NCBI GenBank assembly: GCA_002689995.1
Contig: NZIV01000011.1
Coordinates: forward strand, 1,025-33,024
DNA: 32,000 nucleotides
Direction: 5' to 3'
Source of the DNA: Fidelibacterota bacterium
GTDB lineage: Bacteria > Fidelibacterota > Marinisomatia > SCGC-AAA003-L08 > GCA-2689995
Below, piece after piece: positions 24,980 to 32,000 of the stretch (positions are counted from its first letter, which is position 1; each line of letters starts with the position of its first letter). A program made the translations under genes and the position numbers. Below the pieces are notes generated by a model that searched no databases, was not told the DNA's origin, and saw only the letters and a list, made by a program, of their open reading frames with translations.

Positions 24980-25901
24980 TAATTGGTGACTTTCTCACTG
25001 TTCCAAATGATGTATAGTTAAAGACTTTTGGTGATGGGATGGCGTATGAAAAAATCTTATTTTCTGTTAAAATTTTTGGAATTGTAACCTTTTTAACTAT
25101 TGGAAGTGGAATTTTATTTCTTTTTCCAGATATACAATTCTCAATTTTCGGAATTTCAGGTGGTGTCCATTGAAAATTTTCTGCAAATAAATTTAAAAGT
25201 GATAAAATTATATCTTCATCCCAATCTGGATTAAATTTATATTCTTTACTTTGTATATTCCGCTGTTTACTTTTGAGTTTAGATTTTCCAGAGACAGCAC
25301 CCATTGTAATTAATTTTGGATATAATTTTTGATCAATTATTTCTTCAATAATTTTAGAATTTGCAAAATCAATTAAATAATCCCAATTAAAATTTGAAAG
25401 AATTTTACTCCAATTTTTCGTATTTTTTGGATATCGTTGCATTTTTAACCAAACTGCATCAGCATGAAGTAGAATTGACTTTTTAAAGTTATTATCTGGA
25501 ATTACAATTTTATGGAGCCACAACAAAAATAAAATTGTAGAAAACGGATATTTAAATTGAAAATTTTGAGCTGAAATTCCTGCTAAAATATTAGGATTAC
25601 ATGATGTTTTAAAACCTTTTGGGATTTTATCATCAATTGTAACAATGTGTCCACCTATAGCTCTTCCTTGAGATGGAAGAATATTTAAATCAACCCAAAT
25701 TAAATTTGTTTTATGTTCTATTCCCTTCTTGGAAATCCAAATATTTTCAAAATCATAATATCCTTCTAGCTTCCAATTTAAAAAATGATTTAAAAATATA
25801 GAACAGATTAATCCATCATAATCTGCAGAGATAATGAATCTATGATTTTTTTCATTTAACCAATTGAATTTTTGAAATATGTCTTTTTGATTAAAATTCA
25901 T
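24972..25901 (-). CDS. hypothetical protein (309 aa), first gene of the pabB-pabC operon
   Basis: Long ORF whose stop overlaps the pabB start by 8 nt. The N-terminus FIISADYDGLICS weakly resembles DHH-family motif I (DxDG). I recognise no family. Confidence 0.6.
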   Translation of the reverse strand: MNFNQKDIFQKFNWLNEKNHRFIISADYDGLICSIFLNHFLNWKLEGYYDFENIWISKKGIEHKTNLIWVDLNILPSQGRAIGGHIVTIDDKIPKGFKTSCNPNILAGISAQNFQFKYPFSTILFLLWLHKIVIPDNNFKKSILLHADAVWLKMQRYPKNTKNWSKILSNFNWDYLIDFANSKIIEEIIDQKLYPKLITMGAVSGKSKLKSKQRNIQSKEYKFNPDWDEDIILSLLNLFAENFQWTPPEIPKIENCISGKRNKIPLPIVKKVTIPKILTENKIFSYAIPSPKVFNYTSFGTVRKSPINE

Positions 25902-25968
25902 AATGAAAGCTTAGTATATTCAAGCTATAATAAATGAGTAATTTTTAATTAAAAATAAAGGAAGTTTC

Positions 25969-26670
25969 ATGAAAATTTTATTAAAAAAAATAATATATCT
26001 ACTATTTATATCTCAAATTTTTGCAATTGCAGGATTTGGATTATATGGTGATAATGATTTTTTAAGTCATAATGGAAATACTGATAGTGAAAATTATTTT
26101 ACGATTAAATCAAACCCCTTCAATAATACTTATGGCGGTGGTTTCTATATATATATTGATGCTATACCTTTTATTGATTTAGAAATTAATGGAGAAACAG
26201 CATTGAACCTGCATGAAAGTATATTTTCTGCGCCAAATTTAAATATTGATTTCGAAGGTAAATTACCATGGGCTAGAACATCATTATATTTGACAGCTAG
26301 GAAAAAAATAGTTGGATTATCAGTTCCATTTTTAGCAAAAGCAAGATTATTTGCTGGCGGTGGAATGAATATGCATAGAGTTACTCCTGAGTATACTTTA
26401 GATTTACTTTTAGATGCATACCCAGATGAAAATGGATTAGAAGATATTTTTGATTTGATAAATGGGGACACTGAAGCTTTAAAAACATTGGGGAGTCATG
26501 TTAAAGATAATATGAATAGTATCACTGGTATACATTTACAGACAGGTTTACAGGCAAAGTTACTTATGTTAGACATGTTTTTAAATGCTAGATATACATT
26601 GGCTAAAGATATTATCCCTGGTAGAATAGGTTTTCCAAGCTTATGGTTAGGAATTGGAATAGGAATCTAA
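25969..26670 (+). CDS. secreted protein, possible small outer-membrane beta-barrel
   Basis: AAGGAAG upstream of the ATG. Signal peptide MKILLKKIIYLLFISQIFA. The mature part has alternating Gly/aromatic-rich strands (GGGFYIYIDA, RLFAGGGMNM, SLWLGIGIGI). The function call is weak. Confidence 0.5.
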   Translation: MKILLKKIIYLLFISQIFAIAGFGLYGDNDFLSHNGNTDSENYFTIKSNPFNNTYGGGFYIYIDAIPFIDLEINGETALNLHESIFSAPNLNIDFEGKLPWARTSLYLTARKKIVGLSVPFLAKARLFAGGGMNMHRVTPEYTLDLLLDAYPDENGLEDIFDLINGDTEALKTLGSHVKDNMNSITGIHLQTGLQAKLLMLDMFLNARYTLAKDIIPGRIGFPSLWLGIGIGI

Positions 26671-26709
26671 TTATTTTTTAATGCGTTTGATTTCACTAAT
26701 TAATAAATA

Positions 26710-27561
26710 TTATTCAAATACTAATTTTAAATAAACTGGCAGGTGATCAGAAACTTGAGTCAAGTAACTATCAATAGTTTCTGTTAATTTAATTGTATAT
26801 TTTTCTGTATATTGAGAATTGTAAAATTCATATAATTCGTTTGAAATTAAAATATGATCAATATGGCTTGGGGAACTTGGATATGAATAATCTTCCACTT
26901 CGAAAAATTCGTCCACAAATATATATGATTCTTTTTCATTTAAAAATGGTAAAAATACATTTAAGTTTTCAGAATCGTTTAAATTATCATTAAGGTCACC
27001 TAACATTATAACTCGACTATTATTATAATAATTATCTATGTAGTTCTTTAATATAATTACTGCATCTTTTCTACGTTCATACCCATCATTACAACATTTA
27101 AAATGATTATTTATAATAACAAAATCTAACTCATTTATTCTACATTCCATAACTAATGGTGACCTAGGTAAAGGATAAGAATACCAAGTGAGGATTTCAT
27201 AGATATCAGTAATTTTGACAAAATTAGTGTCCCAAATAAATGCAAGATTTAAACTATAAGAAGCTGAAGAACTACGGAAACCATTATATTGAGGTAATAT
27301 ATCTATAATTTCTTGAAAATCTGATTCACTATTAATTTCTTGGAGTGCAATAACTTGTGGTTTTAAAGAGTCAATAATTGTAACAACTTTTGATGTTGTA
27401 GATTGGTGAATTGGAAATTGTTCAATATTCCAAGTCATTATATCAAAAAAATATAATGAATCAGGCAATTCATCAATTGGCAAAGTTTCTTCAGCCATAG
27501 GTGAGATTTTGGTACATGAATAAATTAAAAGGACTGGCAATATAAAAAATCTAAATTTCAT
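26710..27561 (-). CDS. endonuclease/exonuclease/phosphatase (EEP) family lipoprotein
   Basis: Contains IMTWNIEQFP, VIALQEI, MLGDLNDN, IDHILIS and SDHLPVYL, which are EEP catalytic motifs. I prefer the start at MKFRFFILPVLLIYSC (lipobox) at 27561 over the upstream ATG at 27603. Confidence 0.82.
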   Translation of the reverse strand: MKFRFFILPVLLIYSCTKISPMAEETLPIDELPDSLYFFDIMTWNIEQFPIHQSTTSKVVTIIDSLKPQVIALQEINSESDFQEIIDILPQYNGFRSSSASYSLNLAFIWDTNFVKITDIYEILTWYSYPLPRSPLVMECRINELDFVIINNHFKCCNDGYERRKDAVIILKNYIDNYYNNSRVIMLGDLNDNLNDSENLNVFLPFLNEKESYIFVDEFFEVEDYSYPSSPSHIDHILISNELYEFYNSQYTEKYTIKLTETIDSYLTQVSDHLPVYLKLVFE

Positions 27562-27647
27562 ATAATTATAAAATAATCTTAGCAGGATTGATAATTTAAT
27601 CATTCATAAATTACATAACATAATTTTTCCTCTAAAAATATAATTAC

Positions 27648-28667
27648 ATGAGAAAACCAGCAATATTAATCACCGGAGCAAATGGTGAAATGGGACACGG
27701 TCTAATTAAAGGCTTAGCTAGAAATAAAAATATAGATGTCCTTGCTTTAGATTTAGAGCCCTTATCTAAAAGTATGAAGGCGTATGTTTTAGATACAATT
27801 AATGGGGATATTTTAGATAAGAAACTTTTAGAAATACTCAATACCGAATACGAATTTAGAGAAATCTATCATTTAGCAGCATTATTGAGTACTCGAGCAG
27901 AATTTTCACCATTAACGGCCCATGATGTAAATGTTAATGGTACAATTAACTTACTTAATCTAGCAATTAAGCAAGCGCAATCGCAAGGGCGAAAAGTTAA
28001 GTTTTTTTTTCCTAGTTCAATAGCTGTTTATGGTATTAATTCATTTAAGGAAAAAATGAAAATAGGCTCAATTTCTGAAACAGAGTATTTATCTCCAATA
28101 ACGATGTATGGATGTAATAAACTCTATTGCGAGCAATTAGGTACTTATTTTTCAAATAATTATCAACAATTATCAGCAAATTTTAAACCTGGATTATTAG
28201 ATTTTCGGTCAATTAGATTCCCAGGGTTAATTTCTGCTATAACAACTCCAGCAGGAGGTACAAGTGATTTTATCCCAGAAATGCTACATAATGCAGTCAG
28301 GGGTAATTCATATAATTCATTTGTTAATAAATGTACTAAAATTCCATTTATGACTATGCCAGATGGAATAGAAGCAATTTTAAAATTAATGGATACTCCA
28401 CGAGAACATTTAACCCAAAGTGTATATCATATATCTGCTTTTGCACCTACTACAGGAGAATTTAAGTCTAAAATAGAATCATACTTTCCTAATATTAAAA
28501 TTGGCTATAAAATTAATGAAAAAAGACAAAGCATTGTAAACTCATGGCCTTCAGATGTAGATGATTCTAAAGCAAAAAATGATTGGAATTGGAAGCCAAA
28601 TTATAAATTTCAAAATGCAATGGAAGATTATTTAATTCCTGGTTTAAAAGAATTTTATAAAAATTAA
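27648..28667 (+). CDS. tdh: NAD-dependent epimerase/dehydratase-fold (SDR-type) L-threonine 3-dehydrogenase
   Basis: Rossmann motif ILITGANGEMG and catalytic YGCNKLYCE (YxxxK). 339 aa, located 10 nt upstream of kbl; this pairing is characteristic of SDR-type Tdh. Confidence 0.72.
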   Translation: MRKPAILITGANGEMGHGLIKGLARNKNIDVLALDLEPLSKSMKAYVLDTINGDILDKKLLEILNTEYEFREIYHLAALLSTRAEFSPLTAHDVNVNGTINLLNLAIKQAQSQGRKVKFFFPSSIAVYGINSFKEKMKIGSISETEYLSPITMYGCNKLYCEQLGTYFSNNYQQLSANFKPGLLDFRSIRFPGLISAITTPAGGTSDFIPEMLHNAVRGNSYNSFVNKCTKIPFMTMPDGIEAILKLMDTPREHLTQSVYHISAFAPTTGEFKSKIESYFPNIKIGYKINEKRQSIVNSWPSDVDDSKAKNDWNWKPNYKFQNAMEDYLIPGLKEFYKN

Positions 28668-28677
28668 TTAGGTACAA

Positions 28678-29859
28678 ATGGATACAATAAAAGAAATATT
28701 AAAAGAAAAATTACAGTCTATTAAAGATGCAGGTTTATTTAAAAATGAGCATATTATTCAGTCCCAACAATCTACAGAAATAGCTGTAAATAATAATAAT
28801 GTTTTAAATTTTTGCGCAAATAATTATTTAGGTTTATCAAATAATAGTGAACTAATTCAAGCTGCAAAAGATGGATTAAGTAAATGGGGATTTGGTTTAA
28901 GTTCTGTCAGATTTATTTGTGGAACACAGGAAATCCATAAAGAATTAGAACAGAAATTATCAGAATTTTTAGAGTTTGAAGATACAATTTTATATACTTC
29001 TTGTTTTGATGCAAATGGAGGTCTTTTTGAAACTCTCCTTTCTAAAGAAGACGCAATAATTTCTGATTCTTTAAATCATGCATCCATAATTGATGGTGTA
29101 CGATTGTGTAAAGCAGAAAGATATCGTTATCCAAATTCAGATATGGAAAAACTTGAAGAAATTCTTAAATCTACACAAAGTAATCGACTTAGATTAATCA
29201 CAACTGATGGTGTTTTTTCTATGGATGGATTTGTTGCAAAGTTAGAAGAAATATGTAATCTTGCAGAAAAGTACAATGCATTAGTTCATGTAGATGATTC
29301 TCATGCAACAGGATTTTTTGGCAAAACCGGGAGAGGTTCAATAGAGCATTGTAATGTTATGGGAAGAGTAGATATTGTTACTTCTACACTTGGAAAAGCA
29401 TTAGGTGGTGCATCAGGTGGATTTACTTGTGCATCAAAAGAAATTATTACAATGTTAAGGCAGGTTTCTCGTCCATATTTATTTAGCAATACACTTGCAC
29501 CTGTAATTGTTAGTGCTTCTATAGCTTGTATTGATATGTTAAGTAATTCTAATGATTTAGTTGGAAAATTACAGAAAAATACTATGTACTTTAGGAATGA
29601 AATGATGAAAGCTAATTTTAGTTTGAAAGAAGGAGTTCACTCTATTGTACCAATTATATTTGGTGATGCAAAACTAGCTCGTAATTTTGCATCTAAAATG
29701 TTGAGTGAAGGTATTTATGTTATAGGATTTTCATATCCAGTAGTACCTAAAGGTGAAGCTAGGATTCGTGTACAGATTAGTGCTAGTCATAATAAAATAC
29801 AGCTAGATAAAGCAATTCAAGCTTTCAAAAAGATTGGTAAAGAATTAAGGGTCATTTAG
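28678..29859 (+). CDS. kbl: glycine C-acetyltransferase (2-amino-3-ketobutyrate CoA ligase)
   Basis: Alpha-oxoamine synthase motifs [28 protein letters not shown] and the PLP lysine in [14 protein letters not shown]. 393 aa. Confidence 0.9.
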   Translation: MDTIKEILKEKLQSIKDAGLFKNEHIIQSQQSTEIAVNNNNVLNFCANNYLGLSNNSELIQAAKDGLSKWGFGLSSVRFICGTQEIHKELEQKLSEFLEFEDTILYTSCFDANGGLFETLLSKEDAIISDSLNHASIIDGVRLCKAERYRYPNSDMEKLEEILKSTQSNRLRLITTDGVFSMDGFVAKLEEICNLAEKYNALVHVDDSHATGFFGKTGRGSIEHCNVMGRVDIVTSTLGKALGGASGGFTCASKEIITMLRQVSRPYLFSNTLAPVIVSASIACIDMLSNSNDLVGKLQKNTMYFRNEMMKANFSLKEGVHSIVPIIFGDAKLARNFASKMLSEGIYVIGFSYPVVPKGEARIRVQISASHNKIQLDKAIQAFKKIGKELRVI

Positions 29860-29867
29860 AATTAAAA

Positions 29868-30134
29868 ATGAATAAACGATTGAAAAGATTGCGTTTAGAG
29901 ATTGATAGTATTGATGAAAAAATTCTAAAATTATTAGAAGAACGTATGAAAATTGTTAATGATGTAGGTGATTTAAAGAAAGATTTAGATATATCCGTAG
30001 AAGATTTAAATAGAGAAAATCAAATAATAGGTAGACTTACTTCTCACTCTTCGGGTCAATTAACAGAAAGACAATTAATCAGGATCTTCTCAGCGGTATT
30101 TAAATCCTCAAAACAAATCCAAAGAGATAATTAA
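29868..30134 (+). CDS. monofunctional AroQ-class chorismate mutase
   Basis: 88 aa. LKRLRLEIDSIDEKILKLLEERMKIVNDVGDLK matches the CM type 2 N-terminal helix (LR..ID.iD..il.Ll..R...). Confidence 0.82.
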   Translation: MNKRLKRLRLEIDSIDEKILKLLEERMKIVNDVGDLKKDLDISVEDLNRENQIIGRLTSHSSGQLTERQLIRIFSAVFKSSKQIQRDN

Positions 30135-30296
30135 ATAACGCTTGTTATTGATTTTACAAAGAATTAAGTTTTGTTGATAAGTGATTTTAAAAACTTTTAT
30201 TAGTTTTAAATTCTCTCAGAAAAATAAATTGAATTATTTATTATATATTAAGTATCCCGCTAATTTTAGTAGAATTATTGATTTTGGAGTATTAAA

Positions 30297-31028
30297 ATGA
30301 AAAAAATAGGAATTATTGGTTTTGGTCGTTTTGGTAAAGTGCTAGCACAAATTCTCCAAAAAGGATTTGATACTTTTGTATATGATTTAAACTCAAAAGA
30401 ACAACATGATCGAGTTATATTTACATCTTTAGAAAATATTCTCAAAATGGAGACTATTTTTATTTGTGTGCCTATTCGTGAATTAAAAAATGTAATTCAA
30501 AATATTCGTTTAAAATTAAATTTAAATACAACAATTATCGATGTTTGTTCTGTAAAATTATATCCAAAAGAGATTATGGAAAAATATCTTCCTGAAAATA
30601 TCGGCTATATAGCCTCCCATCCACTTTTTGGACCTGATTCTTTTAGCTTTAATAAAAATTTAAAAATGATGATGTCTCCCGAAAAAGATATTTATAATGT
30701 ATTTGAATACTGGGCAGATTTTTTTAGAGGACAAGGTATTGAAATTATTAATATTACTCCCGATATGCATGATAAATTAGCTGCGAATAGTCAAGGAATT
30801 ACTCATTTTATAGGTCGCTCTTTAACATACTTTGGAGCAAAAAGAACAATAATTGACACAAAGGGATTTCGTAGTTTATTAAATTTAATGGAACAAACTT
30901 GCAATGATACTAAAGAGCTTTATGAAGATTTACAAGTTTATAATCCTTACACAAAAGAAATGATTAAAAAAATTAAAGATTCAATTTATAAGCAAACTGA
31001 ATTTTTGGAGAATTCACAAAATGACTAA
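30297..31028 (+). CDS. tyrA: prephenate (or arogenate) dehydrogenase
   Basis: Rossmann motif KIGIIGFGRFG, plus DVCSVK and ASHPLFGP, the TyrA-family catalytic motifs. GGAG upstream of the ATG. Confidence 0.8.
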   Translation: MKKIGIIGFGRFGKVLAQILQKGFDTFVYDLNSKEQHDRVIFTSLENILKMETIFICVPIRELKNVIQNIRLKLNLNTTIIDVCSVKLYPKEIMEKYLPENIGYIASHPLFGPDSFSFNKNLKMMMSPEKDIYNVFEYWADFFRGQGIEIINITPDMHDKLAANSQGITHFIGRSLTYFGAKRTIIDTKGFRSLLNLMEQTCNDTKELYEDLQVYNPYTKEMIKKIKDSIYKQTEFLENSQND

Positions 31029-32000
31029 ATTGTGGAAACCAAATTCTTGGAAAAATTTTGAAACGAATCATTTACCTGAATACTCAAACAAATTAGAACT
31101 AGATTCGGTTACAAATCAATTGAGAAATTTCCCACCATTAGTATTTGCAGGAGAAGTTAGATCATTAAATAAAAAACTGGCGAAGGTTGCTGAAGGTAAA
31201 GGTTATATTCTTCAAGGTGGAGATTGTGCGGAGAGTTTTGCTGAATTTAATACGAATAATATTAGAGATACATTTAGGGTTATTCTTCAAATGGCAATTA
31301 TTCTAACTTCTGGCATTAATCTCCCAATTGTAAAAATTGGACGAATGGCTGGTCAATTTGCTAAACCAAGATCAAGATTAAATGAAGTTCAGAGTGGTAT
31401 AGAATTACCAAGCTATAAAGGTGATATTATTAATGGAATTAAATTTGATGAAAAGAGTAGAGCTCCTGATCCAGAACGAATGTTAAAGGCTTACTCTCAG
31501 TCTGCGTCGACTTTAAATTTACTAAGAGCATTTGCTGATGGTGGATTTGCTGATTTAAAATATGTACAATCTTGGAATATGGGATTTGTAAAAAGCGAAT
31601 TACAAGGTGAACGCTACAGAGATTTAGCAAATCAAATACAAGCAAATTTAGATTTTATGGAAGCTCTTGGTATAAACGCTGAAACGACTTCTCAGCTTCG
31701 TAAAGTTGATTTTTATACTTCACATGAGGCTTTACTCTTACCTTACGAAGAAGCTATGACTAGAGTTGATTCTACTACTGGAGATATTTATAATACATCT
31801 TCTCATTTTGCTTGGATTGGAGATAGAACACGTTTTATTAATAGTGGACATGTAGAGTTTTGTAGAGGAATTAAGAATCCAATTGGTATTAAATGTGGTC
31901 CAGGGATTAATTTAGATGAATTATTAAAAATTTTAGATTTAATTGATCCAAAAAATATACCAGGAAAAATTACACTTATTACACGCTATGGAAAAGAAAA
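31021..32000 (+). CDS. class II (plant/actinobacterial-type) 3-deoxy-7-phosphoheptulonate (DAHP) synthase, 3'-truncated by the window edge
   Basis: Missing from the ORF track because no stop is reached. My translation from the ATG at 31021 is MTKLWKPNSWKNFETNHLPEY...FPPLVFAGEVRSLNKKLAKVAEGKGYILQGGDCAESF...KIGRMAGQFAKPRS...HFAWIGDRTR..., which carries the hallmark class II DAHPS motifs. The ATG overlaps the tyrA stop (ATGACTAA). Confidence 0.9.
   Translation, partial: MTKLWKPNSWKNFETNHLPEYSNKLELDSVTNQLRNFPPLVFAGEVRSLNKKLAKVAEGKGYILQGGDCAESFAEFNTNNIRDTFRVILQMAIILTSGINLPIVKIGRMAGQFAKPRSRLNEVQSGIELPSYKGDIINGIKFDEKSRAPDPERMLKAYSQSASTLNLLRAFADGGFADLKYVQSWNMGFVKSELQGERYRDLANQIQANLDFMEALGINAETTSQLRKVDFYTSHEALLLPYEEAMTRVDSTTGDIYNTSSHFAWIGDRTRFINSGHVEFCRGIKNPIGIKCGPGINLDELLKILDLIDPKNIPGKITLITRYGKE

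Noticed and set aside
24645-24989. 114-aa plus-strand ORF
   Set aside because: It is antisense to the N-terminal part of pabB and has no motif. The pabB frame continues into conserved chorismate-binding motifs.
26145-26471. 108-aa minus-strand ORF
   Set aside because: It is antisense within the signal-peptide-bearing 233-aa ORF, and it has no start context or motif.
26793-26993. 66-aa plus-strand ORF
   Set aside because: It is antisense within the EEP gene.
27562-27603. Upstream ATG extension of the EEP lipoprotein (MIKLSILLRLFYNY...)
   Set aside because: The internal Met gives a canonical lipoprotein signal peptide (MKFRFFILPVLLIYSC). The longer form would bury it.
27644-27841. 65-aa minus-strand ORF
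   Set aside because: It is antisense to the Rossmann-fold N-terminus of tdh.
29301-29489. 62-aa minus-strand ORF
   Set aside because: It is antisense to the PLP-lysine region of kbl.
30134-30149. AATAAC-GCTT-GTTATT hairpin as a terminator after chorismate mutase
   Set aside because: It has only 6 bp, mostly A-T, and overlaps the stop codon. That is too weak to call in this composition.
31439-31645. 68-aa minus-strand ORF
   Set aside because: It is antisense within the class II DAHP synthase reading frame that runs off the window edge.
1-32000. CRISPR arrays, IS elements, integrases, toxin-antitoxin pairs or defence-island signatures
   Set aside because: I saw no spaced direct repeats, terminal inverted repeats, or transposase, recombinase or nuclease-helicase ORFs. 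All large ORFs are accounted for by flagellar, envelope or housekeeping functions.

Overview
The window is very AT-rich (roughly 30% GC by eye), densely coding bacterial chromosome. I found no rRNA, tRNA, CRISPR array, transposase or integrase.

Nt 1-14688 is a single same-strand flagellar supercluster:
- two tandem flagellins (the first cut by the window edge)
- fliS, fliD, flaG, an unknown ORF and a long FlgM-like anti-sigma-28 factor
- a four-gene regulatory cassette: a small Cys-motif protein, a stand-alone receiver, a soluble PAS-like histidine kinase and a sigma-54 enhancer-binding response regulator
- flgB, flgC, an extra ORF, then fliE, fliF, fliG, fliH and fliI

Sigma-28-type promoters precede the flagellin and fliS. 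A sigma-54-like -24/-12 element precedes flgB.

Downstream features:
- an FGE/SUMF1-domain lipoprotein converging on a 974-aa secreted protein that has Asp/Cys-rich repeats and a type IX secretion (T9SS) C-terminal sorting domain
- a 303-bp structured intergenic region
- a minus-strand block of ligA, a class V PLP enzyme, pabC, pabB and an unknown 309-aa protein
- a putative outer-membrane protein and an EEP-family lipoprotein
- tdh-kbl (threonine to glycine)
- an aromatic amino-acid cluster of AroQ chorismate mutase, prephenate dehydrogenase and a class II DAHP synthase that runs off the 3' edge and is missing from the ORF track

Flagella plus a T9SS substrate suggests a flagellated member of the FCB-type lineages, but that is inference only.

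I see no clear self-contained novel system such as a defence island. The candidates most worth follow-up are the unusual regulatory cassette and orphan ORFs inside the flagellar cluster, the FGE-lipoprotein/T9SS cargo pair next to fliI, the structured 19.1-19.4 kb spacer, and the unknown protein heading the pabBC operon.
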